This document shows, in pieces, positions 52,594-61,629 of a stretch of 64,000 bases of DNA. Under the pieces are notes generated by a model. That model had not been told where the DNA came from. It worked only from the letters and a program-made list of their open reading frames with translations, and did no database searches. The stretch is taken from NCBI GenBank assembly GCA_050633625.1, contig JBOEGW010000002.1, forward strand, positions 565-64,564, read 5' to 3'. The stretch comes from Maritimibacter sp. (GTDB lineage Bacteria > Pseudomonadota > Alphaproteobacteria > Rhodobacterales > Rhodobacteraceae). The translations under genes were made by a program, and so were the position numbers. Every line of letters begins with the position of its first letter. Positions within the stretch are counted from its first letter, which is position 1.

Positions 52594-53589
52594 CTACCGC
52601 TTGATGGACCAGATCATCGCGGTCTCGTAGCCAGCGGATTCCAGCAACTCGATCTTGGAAGTCCATCCCGCCGGACAGACGACAAAGGCGGCTCCAATCC
52701 CACGGTTGGCAAACGCCGTCTCGGCGGCGCGTAACAGCGCGCTCGCACCTTCACTGCCTTGGTCGAGAGCCGCCGGGTTGGCCAACTCGGGGTGATAATA
52801 GTCATCAATCACACCCGTCCCTGTGATTTCATGGGCAGGGGGAAAATGTAGCCGTGAGGCGGGCTGTGCGATGACGTATCCCTGCAAATCCTCGGACGCG
52901 CCCAGAACCATCATGTCCCGATCGCGGAGTGTAAGGCTTCGCGTCATCCAGGCTGAGAACCGTGAGTCAGCTTCGGGGTGGATTTCCCAGAAGGGGTCTA
53001 TGTCGAAAAGAACCTGCCGGTTCTCGGCGCTGCGCGCAACGATACCGGGAACATCGTCTTGCGTCGCTTGCCGAATGTCGGCTGGCATTCCCCGGTCACC
53101 AAGGTCGGTGCGCGAAAAGTAGAGCGTAAGGGGCTCGTACCCGTTTGCCTCGAAGGCGCTGCGCCAGTCCTCGCCTGCGACGTAAGAGGTCAAATTGATC
53201 CGCGCTCCGGCTTCATGAAGGGCGTTTTCGGCTGTGGACAGCAAAGCCTCGACTGTGCCGCGCGGCGCATCGGGTGCCACGCAAGAGTCGGGGAGGATCA
53301 GACCTGGTTCACCGAAGGAACCGGCATAGATCGGCGGCACAGGCAGCATCATCGCGTGAACCACGCCCGTGACCTGACCGCCATTCTCCGCGACCTGCCA
53401 AATCTGCTGAAAGGGCTGTTGTTCGGCGGTCAACGCGAAGGTCAGCGCCTTCTCGATCTGCGCGGACGCATCGTCCGCCAACTTCCAGAGGATTGCGTCC
53501 TGCGCGTGGCGTTCGCCCGCGTCCAGCATCAGAAGCTCGACCAGGCGCGGTATGTCGTCGGGTGTGGCTGGTCGAATTGTCTGGGTCAT
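52594..53589 (-). CDS. GNAT-family N-acetyltransferase (apparently tandem domains)
   Basis: Start trimmed to ATG 53589 (MTQTIRPATPDDIPRLVEL). The C-terminal half has the acetyl-CoA-type segment FANRGIGAAFV. Confidence 0.6.
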   Translation of the reverse strand: MTQTIRPATPDDIPRLVELLMLDAGERHAQDAILWKLADDASAQIEKALTFALTAEQQPFQQIWQVAENGGQVTGVVHAMMLPVPPIYAGSFGEPGLILPDSCVAPDAPRGTVEALLSTAENALHEAGARINLTSYVAGEDWRSAFEANGYEPLTLYFSRTDLGDRGMPADIRQATQDDVPGIVARSAENRQVLFDIDPFWEIHPEADSRFSAWMTRSLTLRDRDMMVLGASEDLQGYVIAQPASRLHFPPAHEITGTGVIDDYYHPELANPAALDQGSEGASALLRAAETAFANRGIGAAFVVCPAGWTSKIELLESAGYETAMIWSIKR

Positions 53590-53711
53590 CGCTCGGTTCC
53601 TTGGCTCTCGCTGAGTGCTGCTTCCCCGCTTGTATCGACCGCCTGCACTAGATTGACAAAGCAGGTTAACTCCATAAGCGTTTAGAAAAACTATCGCCTT
53701 TGGAGCGTCGA

Positions 53712-54575
53712 ATGAAGAATGTGAATCTGAACGCGCTCCGTGTGTTCGCGGTTGTCGCATCGCACGCGAACCTGCAACGCGCCGCCGAAGAGCTGAACCT
53801 CTCGCGTGGCGCAGTCTCCCAACGGATCAAACAGCTCGAAATCGAGCTGGGGGTGGTTCTTCTGGTGCGGGGCGCGCGCGGCGTCTCGCTCACGCCGGAA
53901 GGCGAGCGCTGCCGCGCGGCCATAGAGGAAGCCTTAGCGATCCTCGACACGGCGTTGGTGAGCCTCGGCGAGGAGGATGATCGCGTCACGATCCATCTTG
54001 GTTCGTCCACAGCAACGAAATGGTTGATGCCCAGGATGGAAGCTTTCGCGGCCAGGTTCCCGACTGTCTCCCTGACCACACAGGTTCACGAGCGGAGCTT
54101 GGCGCGCAGCCTGGGCCGGAACGAGATCGCGATCTGGCCCGGCAAAACGCAAGACACGAACCCGGCCCACGGATCACGCCGACTGACCGAGATTCGCCTC
54201 ATTGCTGTGTGCAGCCCCGATTTACTGCGCCCCGACTGGCCCATAGGCCTGGAAACCCTGCTGACCCTGCCTCTGCTTCAAGATGCACACCGCCGTTGGG
54301 AAAAGTTGATCAAGGCCACCGGATCTGGCAACACAAACAAGCTGCTCAACTTCGACCGATCCGCCTTAGCTCTCGATGCTGCTATCGGTGGTCACGGTGT
54401 AGCAATCGCGCCGACCTACATGGTGGAGAGTGATCTCCGGTCTAAGAAATTGGTGGAGATTTGGGTCGATCCCGAACCCTCTGATGATGGGCTCTATATA
54501 TCATGGGCAAAGGACCATTTGGGTCAGACGCGTATCAAGCGGATCGTTGATTGGTTTGCGTCAGAATTCGATTGA
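53712..54575 (+). CDS. LysR-family transcriptional regulator
   Basis: LNALRVFAVVASHANLQRAAEELNLSRGAVSQRIKQLE is the canonical LysR HTH. Divergent from the GNAT gene. Confidence 0.9.
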   Translation: MKNVNLNALRVFAVVASHANLQRAAEELNLSRGAVSQRIKQLEIELGVVLLVRGARGVSLTPEGERCRAAIEEALAILDTALVSLGEEDDRVTIHLGSSTATKWLMPRMEAFAARFPTVSLTTQVHERSLARSLGRNEIAIWPGKTQDTNPAHGSRRLTEIRLIAVCSPDLLRPDWPIGLETLLTLPLLQDAHRRWEKLIKATGSGNTNKLLNFDRSALALDAAIGGHGVAIAPTYMVESDLRSKKLVEIWVDPEPSDDGLYISWAKDHLGQTRIKRIVDWFASEFD

Positions 54576-54687
54576 AGCAGTCCTTCGGTTCAGGAAGGCG
54601 AACGGCAGGAATGTACTGCTTGCTGCCCTTTTGCGAAAACAGGGCCAATGGCTGCTTCCTTGAACCAAGCCAAGAACGAACCGGGGC

Positions 54688-55599
54688 CTAAGCCCCGATC
54701 CTCTTGATGCGGATTCCGAGCTTGCGGGCCTTGTCGACGATGTTCGCGGTGATCCCGGAGCCCGGCGTTGCGATCAACCCTTGGGGCATGGTCTCGAGCA
54801 TCTTGTCGTTGCGCTTGAAGGGGGCGGCCTTGCCGTGGCTCTTCCAGTCGGGTTTGAAGACCACTTGGGTGACACCCCGGGTATCTGCCCAGCGGGCGGC
54901 GATCATCTCGGCGCCTTTGGGCGTACCGCCGTGCAGCAGCACCATGTCGGGGTATTTCGCAAGGGTGGCATCGAGGACGGACCAGATCAGGTCATAGGCC
55001 TGATAGTCCCCGCCCGAGAAGGCGATCCGCGTGCCTTCGGGGCAGTGCACCTCGGTCTCCTTGCGGCGCTTGGCCGAGAGATAGGCCCGGCTGTCCACCA
55101 CGGCGGAGGTGAGACCGCGATGTGAGACCTTGGATCCGGTGCGGGGCAACCAGGGCGAGCCCGTGGCGGCCGAGAAGTGGTCCACGGCCAGATCGCGCAT
55201 CTGCTCGAAGGCGTCGCGATGGTCCCAGAGCTTGAGCCCGATCATCTGGAGGCGCTCGAGCTCGACCGAGGCGACCTCGGAGCCGTCCTGTACGCCCAAA
55301 CTTTCCCGGACCTCGAATTCGTTGTCGTCGAGGAGCTTCTGGATATGGGCAAGCCGGCGATGGAAGATAGAGGTCAGGGACCAGAGCATCTCTTCGAGAT
55401 TGTCTTCCAACTGGCTACCGTTGAGAAGGCCGATGGTGGTGTCGAAGAGGGTCGCCATGGCGAAATCGACCTCATCAGGTTGGGGCAGGAGGCGGTGATC
55501 GGTCTCGCCGGGTCCCGGTGTTGCGCCGTGAAGTGCCAGGTGGTCGAGGATGGCGGAGGTCACGTCGGTCTCCTCTTGGATGTCTGTCTGATGGGGCAT
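54688..55599 (-). CDS. DUF2493 (SLOG-type) domain protein
   Basis: C-terminal MVLLHGGTPKGAEMIAARWADTRGVTQVVFKPDWKSHGKAAPFKRNDKML is the DUF2493 pattern. Start trimmed to ATG 55599. Confidence 0.7.
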   Translation of the reverse strand: MPHQTDIQEETDVTSAILDHLALHGATPGPGETDHRLLPQPDEVDFAMATLFDTTIGLLNGSQLEDNLEEMLWSLTSIFHRRLAHIQKLLDDNEFEVRESLGVQDGSEVASVELERLQMIGLKLWDHRDAFEQMRDLAVDHFSAATGSPWLPRTGSKVSHRGLTSAVVDSRAYLSAKRRKETEVHCPEGTRIAFSGGDYQAYDLIWSVLDATLAKYPDMVLLHGGTPKGAEMIAARWADTRGVTQVVFKPDWKSHGKAAPFKRNDKMLETMPQGLIATPGSGITANIVDKARKLGIRIKRIGA

Positions 55600-55710
55600 T
55601 GTCTGGTTCCTCTGTTTGATCTGACCCGATTTGGATGGGGCGATACCAGGACCGGCGGCGACCGGGCCGCATCCGTCAGGATCGGAGCGCAGTGGAGAAC
55701 GCGCCGCGGG

Positions 55711-55763
55711 CCGGAAAATTGCTCCCGCGAGGAATGGCCCGAAGGGGCAGGGGAATTTTCTGG
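55711..55763 (-). promoter_or_regulatory. Conserved leader hairpin, copy C (covarying stem)
   Basis: CCGGAAAATT ... AATTTTCTGG arms around GCTCCCGCGAGGAATGGCCCGAAGGGGCAGGGG. Lies 112-164 nt upstream of the DUF2493 ATG. Confidence 0.55.
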
Positions 55764-55912
55764 TGCGGGGCGCATTGCTGCCCGGGCGAGGGGCCCCTCT
55801 TTCAGCTTTCTTGGGCCCCGACCCGCTGGTCCATCGCACCCCTGTTCCAAACGGGATCAGATCGAACCGGCGGAACCTTTGCCCTGTCGGACATCACCGG
55901 GGAGGCTGGCGC

Positions 55913-56959
55913 TCACCCGTCCTCGATCTCCAGGCCTTGCTCTTTCATGGCCTCGAGCAGGGAGCGGCGCAGCGCGTCTCTGCCAAATGCCCGCAGATCG
56001 TCGTTGAAATCGCCCATGTTCGGCACGAGATCACCACAGGCAATTCCAATAGATTCCAATTGGTTACGCAATCTCGTTGATGCGTTACGTCCAGCCTCGT
56101 CATTGTCGCGGGCGATCCAAATGCGCTTGATCCCCGGCGGCGGGATGAAGAGACCGAGATGGGTGGCGGTGAGACAGGAGGCGAGATCGAACTCGGGGAG
56201 GGCTGTGCCGACCGAGAGGGTATTCTCGAGACCTTCGCCAACGATGAGATCGCTGCGAGGTGAGCCGGACCAGAATCGGATGGCATGACCGTGCAGCTGC
56301 CCGAGGATCCGCTTCGGGCTCTCGATCTCGGTCAAACCGCCGGTGGAGGGGTCGAGATAGACCCTTGCGCATCCGGTGATCTGGCCGCGATTGTCGGTGA
56401 TCTTCGCGAGCAGGGCAGGAGCCCTTTGCGGCAGATCAGGGTCGTCCTCGCCCGGCCGCAGGAAGACCCGCGGGTGATAGCGCAGGGCCGGGCCGAGCCG
56501 TGTGATCCCGCGCCCCTGCAGATAGGTGGCAGCCAAGGTGCCGAGAACCGGCTTGCCAGCGGCAAAGAGCTTCCGCGCCCGCGCAATGCGTTTGCTGGAG
56601 GCTGCCTCCGGGCGCTCAGCCTTTCGAGTAGAACGAGACTCGGCAGGGCAGGGGGCTTCGCCGAGAAAGGACTGGGCCTCCCTCAGCGTCTCCTTGAGCG
56701 TCACGGACCCAAGCCGTTCCTGCAGCAGGTCGATCAGGTCGCCATATTCACCCGTCGCGAAATCCTGCCAGGATCCGGCCTTGCGCCCACCTTGAGCTTG
56801 CAGACGGATGGCGAGGCTCTGGCCCTTTGCACCGGACGTGTCGCCAACCTGCCAATAATTGCCCTGCTTGCGCCCCTCGGGGAAATACCGGCGACAGAAA
56901 CTCTCGGCTCGGTCTGCCAGATCGGCCGAGAGGTCTGCGATGCTGCGCCGCGCGCTCAT
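55913..56959 (-). CDS. Toprim-domain protein (primase-like, conjugative-element type)
   Basis: Toprim Glu in LIVGEGLENTLS and DxD in IARDNDEAG. ATGA overlap with the upstream large gene. Confidence 0.7.
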   Translation of the reverse strand: MSARRSIADLSADLADRAESFCRRYFPEGRKQGNYWQVGDTSGAKGQSLAIRLQAQGGRKAGSWQDFATGEYGDLIDLLQERLGSVTLKETLREAQSFLGEAPCPAESRSTRKAERPEAASSKRIARARKLFAAGKPVLGTLAATYLQGRGITRLGPALRYHPRVFLRPGEDDPDLPQRAPALLAKITDNRGQITGCARVYLDPSTGGLTEIESPKRILGQLHGHAIRFWSGSPRSDLIVGEGLENTLSVGTALPEFDLASCLTATHLGLFIPPPGIKRIWIARDNDEAGRNASTRLRNQLESIGIACGDLVPNMGDFNDDLRAFGRDALRRSLLEAMKEQGLEIEDG

Positions 56960-59900
56960 ACGGCGGCATCCGCGGCGTTGGCGCCAACCGGATGTTCGGT
57001 GAGCACTCGAGCCAGAACCTCGGTGGCATCCACCGGGATAAACACCCGCGTCTTCCACTGGATCACCTCGGTGAAACAACCCATCGCTTTCAGACGGGGC
57101 AGGGCCGCGCCCGACGCGCCGATGAGCTCAAGTCTCGGCTGCCCCATGACCAACGACCGGCGCAACTGGTAGCCCCCGAGCAAGCTCAGGGCGGTTCTAG
57201 CCTCCATCACCGCAGCGAAGATCTCCTGCGGTGTCATCTCGATCTGACAATCGAGGCCGAGCCGCGCGTAGACATTGAGAAGCTGCTCCTGGCTGACCAG
57301 ACGGCCGATGGCGCGTTCCCCATCCTCGGTCTGCAGGCGGTAGATGCGCATGTTGTCAGCGGGCAGCCGGTCCCAGATCGGCAGAAGGAGGCCGCAGATC
57401 AGCGTGATCTTTGATGTCGTAAACTCCGGCACCGCCTCAACCTCGGCCTGCCAGAGCTGCTCGAACATCGCATCATCGATCTCCTCCCAATGCGATCTCG
57501 AGAACTCGGAAAGCGCGAGGATTTCTGTGGCCATGGGCCGCACCAGTTTCACCCGCAGGATCGGCATACCGTCCTCATCCATGAAGGCCGGCGCCTTCAC
57601 CATCAGGGCCGCGCGTTTGGAGGTCTTGTTCCAATAGAGCGTCGCGCCTTTGTTATCAGCGCAGATGGCTTTCACGCGGGGCAGGGTCAGCGGGTCGTTG
57701 CGATCCGTGCGCTCCACGGTCAGGGCGGTGGCCGTTGCCCCCGTCGCCTCATGCTCGAAAATCACTTTGCGATCAACAATCTTGAATTTTTCCGCGCGCA
57801 GGGTCTCTAGCCCGACATCGAGCGTTCCCGCCTGGCGCGCATCTTCGATGATGGCCGAGAGGAATCCGCCAAAAGCTTCGAAAATTGCGTCCTGCATTTC
57901 GATGTGGAGCGCGAGGCAGCGATTCAGGAACTGCTGGATTGGCGGCAGGGTTTCCTTCATCGTGCCGTCCGCCTCATCAAGCGTCAGACCGGTCATCTCC
58001 TGGAACCTGGCGTAGGAGCAGGCGTCAATTTTGCCTGCGCGCAGCTTGTAGAAGAACTGCCGCAGCGCTGCGCGCGCATAGGGGCTTTCGAGATTGTCCT
58101 CGGCGCGGAACATGTTCTGGCCGCCGGTCTCGCGTTGCCCCTTGGTAATCGCCCCGAGCGTGTCGAGGCGGCGGGCGATGGTGGAGAGAAACCGCTTCTC
58201 GCCTTTCACATTGGTCGCGACGGGTCGAAACAGCGGCGGTAGCGCCTGATTGGTGCGGTTGGTGCGCCCGAGCCCCTGGATCGCATTGTCGGCCTTCCAG
58301 CCGGGCTCAAGGAGGTAGTGCACCCGCAGGCGTTGGTTCTTGGCCCCGAGATCGGCGTGATAGCTGCGCCCTGTACCACCCGCATCGGAAAAGATCAGGA
58401 TGCGCTTGGCATCATCCATGAAGGCTAGGGTTTCTCCAAGATTGGAGGAGGCGGGACGATTCTCGACCTTGAGCCGCCCCTCGCGCGTTTTCACGATGCG
58501 CCGTTTGCGCCCCGTGACCTCGGCGACCGCGTCGCCCCCGAAATGCCAGAGGATCTGGTCGAGCGCGCCTTGCACCGGGGCGAGGGCACCAAGATGCTCG
58601 ACAAGCTCGTCCCGCCGCCACTCCGCCTCGCGGCAGATGATCGGGTTGCCGTCACGATCGAGGGCAGGGCGAGACCGCAGATCGCCATTCTCGTCGGTGT
58701 AAGGTTCGAAGAGCTGCGTCGGGAAGCTGTGCATCAGGTAGTCCATGATGTTCTCGCGCGGCGTAAAATCGACCTGCAGATCATCCCACTCCGAAGGCGG
58801 GATATCCTCGAGTCGCCGTTCCATCACCGCCTCGCTGGTCGAAACCACCTGGATCACTGCAGAATGCCCCGCCGCGAGGTCCGCCTCGATGGCGCGGATC
58901 AGCGAGGGGCATTTCATGGCGGTGATGAGATGATTGAAGAAACGCTGCTTGTTGCTCTCGAAGGCCGAGCGCGCAGCGGATTTCGCCTGGGGGTTCAGCG
59001 TACCGGTCTCGGAGGAAATACCCGAGGCCTGAAGGGCGGCCTCCAAGTTGGTGTGGATGATCTGGTAGGCGTCGGCATAGCTGTCATAGATCGCGATCTG
59101 TGCGGGCGTCAGCTCATGCACCAGCATTTCGTATTCGACCCCGGCATAGGAGAGGGACCGCGCAAGATAAAGCCCGAGCGCCTTCAGATCGCGCGAGATC
59201 ATCTCCATGGCAGCAATGCCCCCGGCCTCCATCGCGGCAACGAACTCGGCCCGCGTCACGAAGGGGAAATCACCCGTGCCCCAGAGCCCGAGACGGGAGG
59301 CATAGGCGAGATTGCCGACCACCGTCGCGCCGGTGGCCGAAACGTAGAGCACCCGGGCATCGGGAACGGCATTTTGCAGCGCGAGGCCAGCAAGGCCTTG
59401 TTGGGATGCCTTCTTGTCGCCGCGGTCGGACTTTTCGCCGGCGGCATTCGCCATGGCGTGGCTTTCGTCGAAAGCGATGACCCCGTTGAACCCCTCGCCA
59501 AGCCAGGACGTCACCTGATCGAGGCGGGAGGCTTTCCCGTCGCGTTCAGCAGAACGCAGGGTGGCATAGGTGACGAAGAGGATGCCCTCTGGGAGACGGA
59601 TATCGCTCCCCTGGCGGAATTTCGAGAGCGGCACGATATCGCTTTCACGCCCCCCAAGCGCCATCCAGTCGCGTCGCGCATCCTCGATGAGCTTGTCGCT
59701 CTTCGAGACCCAGACCGCCCGTCGGCGTCCCTTCAGCCAGTTGTCGAGGATGATGCCCGCGACCTGCCGCCCCTTGCCGCAGCCGGTGCCATCACCCAGG
59801 AACCAGCCCTTGCGCAGACGGAAGGCACCGTTGTCGCCCTCAGACGCGGCCATCACCTGGCCTTCGATTTCGCCGCGCTTGAACCAGCCCTTCAGGTGCG

Positions 59901-61353
59901 TCTCGTGGGCATTGCCCGCATAAATGACGCTTTCGAACTGCGGCGCTGAGAGGAGGCCGTCGGCGATGAGGGACTGGGGCAGGACGGGGCGGTAAGTCGG
60001 GACGGGCGGCGGCACCGAGGCCATGGCGGCGGATTGCACGAGCGCTGTCGGATGCTCCGCCGCGCCGTCGATCCGGATCGCCTGAAGGTCATAGGCCTCG
60101 TAGACCGTGTCCTGCAGCGCGCCGTCGGGTTCGCTCCAGGCTTTCGGCAGGTAGTCGAGTGGGGCCGTCTCGATGTCGTCAAAGGGATGTTTCGCGCGTT
60201 CCTCGGCAAGGGCACGGGTTTCCTTGCGCGCTGCGTTGCGTAGAGCGTGCAAGTTGGTGCGGATCGGGCGGGGCGGTGCCGAAAGGGCCGATGTGGTGGG
60301 GCAGGGCGGGGGGCTGCGGCGCTCCGGGCAATGGGTGATCACTGCGGTGAGAAGATCACCCGTGGTCGCGCAGATCGGATGATAGGCCGCCTCGATGTCG
60401 ACCAGCTCGGCCTCGCGTTCGCCCGCCGCGCGCTTGTCGATCACCGTCAGCCGCGTGTCGATCGTGGTGCCGTGCCGCGCGAAGACCTTGCCGTCGATCG
60501 CGGCGGAAAACACAACGTCAGCGCTCTGCCCGATCCGCTGAAACGTCGACTGGAAACTCTTCGTGGAGGGGCGAAAACTCTCGCCAGTGATGACGACGAG
60601 ACGCCCGCCGGGCACGAGACGCGCCAAGGCGGAGAGAACATGCTGGCTGGTGGCCTGCCGGAACTTGCCCTCGACATGGTTGGCCGCAGAAAACGGCGGG
60701 TTCATCACAATAACCAAGGGCGTGATTGACCGATCCAAACGGTCGTCGATCGAGGCGGCATCGTGTTCCGAGACTGCAGCGTCGGAGAATAGCTGCTCCA
60801 GCAACGCGCGGCGCGTCTCCGCGAGCTCGTTCAGCGCCAGGCGAGCGCCTGCGATCCGGGCGAAGATCGCCAGCATGCCGGTGCCCGCCGACGGCTCGAG
60901 CACGAGGTCGTCGTCCCGAAAGCCCGTCGCCTGTGCGACGATGGCCGCAAGGGGCAGAGGGGTCGAGAATTGTTGCAAGCGCACGCTGTCTTCCGAGCGA
61001 CGTGTGTGTGACGGGGCCAGAGCTGCGAGACGCTCGATCATGGTGAGGAAAGTTTGCGGAGAGGTTGCCTGCCGCTGCATCAGCGCGCCGTAGCGCGCGA
61101 GCATCAGGATCTGGGCCACCTCGGCGGCCTCATAGGCGTCCTTCCAGACCCAGGCACCACTCGTGTCGCTTGCGCCGAAAGCATCCTCCATCGCGGCGCG
61201 CAGGGCAGCGGCGTCGATGGACCTGCCTGCCTCTAACAAGGGGACGAGGGTTCTTGCAGCATGGATCAGGTTTTGGGCGAAGCGCGAGGCTTCCGGGCGG
61301 GCAGGGGCCTCGGCCTCGGGCGCAAGAGGGACGGAATGGGGGTGAGCGTTCAT
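56956..61353 (-). CDS. Large N6-adenine methyltransferase / SF2 helicase fusion (strawberry-notch-like)
   Basis: 1465 aa. SAM-binding LEPSAGTGMLA and the catalytic VMNPPFSA motif are N-terminal. Helicase motifs follow (GDGTGCGKGRQ, IAFDESH). This architecture is typical of large proteins on alphaproteobacterial ICEs and plasmids. Confidence 0.85.
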   Translation of the reverse strand: MNAHPHSVPLAPEAEAPARPEASRFAQNLIHAARTLVPLLEAGRSIDAAALRAAMEDAFGASDTSGAWVWKDAYEAAEVAQILMLARYGALMQRQATSPQTFLTMIERLAALAPSHTRRSEDSVRLQQFSTPLPLAAIVAQATGFRDDDLVLEPSAGTGMLAIFARIAGARLALNELAETRRALLEQLFSDAAVSEHDAASIDDRLDRSITPLVIVMNPPFSAANHVEGKFRQATSQHVLSALARLVPGGRLVVITGESFRPSTKSFQSTFQRIGQSADVVFSAAIDGKVFARHGTTIDTRLTVIDKRAAGEREAELVDIEAAYHPICATTGDLLTAVITHCPERRSPPPCPTTSALSAPPRPIRTNLHALRNAARKETRALAEERAKHPFDDIETAPLDYLPKAWSEPDGALQDTVYEAYDLQAIRIDGAAEHPTALVQSAAMASVPPPVPTYRPVLPQSLIADGLLSAPQFESVIYAGNAHETHLKGWFKRGEIEGQVMAASEGDNGAFRLRKGWFLGDGTGCGKGRQVAGIILDNWLKGRRRAVWVSKSDKLIEDARRDWMALGGRESDIVPLSKFRQGSDIRLPEGILFVTYATLRSAERDGKASRLDQVTSWLGEGFNGVIAFDESHAMANAAGEKSDRGDKKASQQGLAGLALQNAVPDARVLYVSATGATVVGNLAYASRLGLWGTGDFPFVTRAEFVAAMEAGGIAAMEMISRDLKALGLYLARSLSYAGVEYEMLVHELTPAQIAIYDSYADAYQIIHTNLEAALQASGISSETGTLNPQAKSAARSAFESNKQRFFNHLITAMKCPSLIRAIEADLAAGHSAVIQVVSTSEAVMERRLEDIPPSEWDDLQVDFTPRENIMDYLMHSFPTQLFEPYTDENGDLRSRPALDRDGNPIICREAEWRRDELVEHLGALAPVQGALDQILWHFGGDAVAEVTGRKRRIVKTREGRLKVENRPASSNLGETLAFMDDAKRILIFSDAGGTGRSYHADLGAKNQRLRVHYLLEPGWKADNAIQGLGRTNRTNQALPPLFRPVATNVKGEKRFLSTIARRLDTLGAITKGQRETGGQNMFRAEDNLESPYARAALRQFFYKLRAGKIDACSYARFQEMTGLTLDEADGTMKETLPPIQQFLNRCLALHIEMQDAIFEAFGGFLSAIIEDARQAGTLDVGLETLRAEKFKIVDRKVIFEHEATGATATALTVERTDRNDPLTLPRVKAICADNKGATLYWNKTSKRAALMVKAPAFMDEDGMPILRVKLVRPMATEILALSEFSRSHWEEIDDAMFEQLWQAEVEAVPEFTTSKITLICGLLLPIWDRLPADNMRIYRLQTEDGERAIGRLVSQEQLLNVYARLGLDCQIEMTPQEIFAAVMEARTALSLLGGYQLRRSLVMGQPRLELIGASGAALPRLKAMGCFTEVIQWKTRVFIPVDATEVLARVLTEHPVGANAADAAV

Positions 61354-61629
61354 CGGCAGTCTCCGGGTTTGAGGGTTTTCCCCAAGCCCGCGCGCACTCT
61401 CTCACCCGGGAGGGGTCACCCCTCCCGCCCTGTCTCTCCCTCTTCTCGGCTGGTTTTTTGCGGCGGCAATAGCACCGCCGATCGGCAGACCGGACATAGC
61501 CAACAGTAATGTTGAACGGTGGCTATGCGGGACAGAGCTGCCGCCCAACTTCTCAAAGCCAAAGACTGCTTTTCCGAAGGAATCTGGTGGGCTAGGCTTG
61601 CGTAATCGTAACATCGAAGAGGCGGCAAG

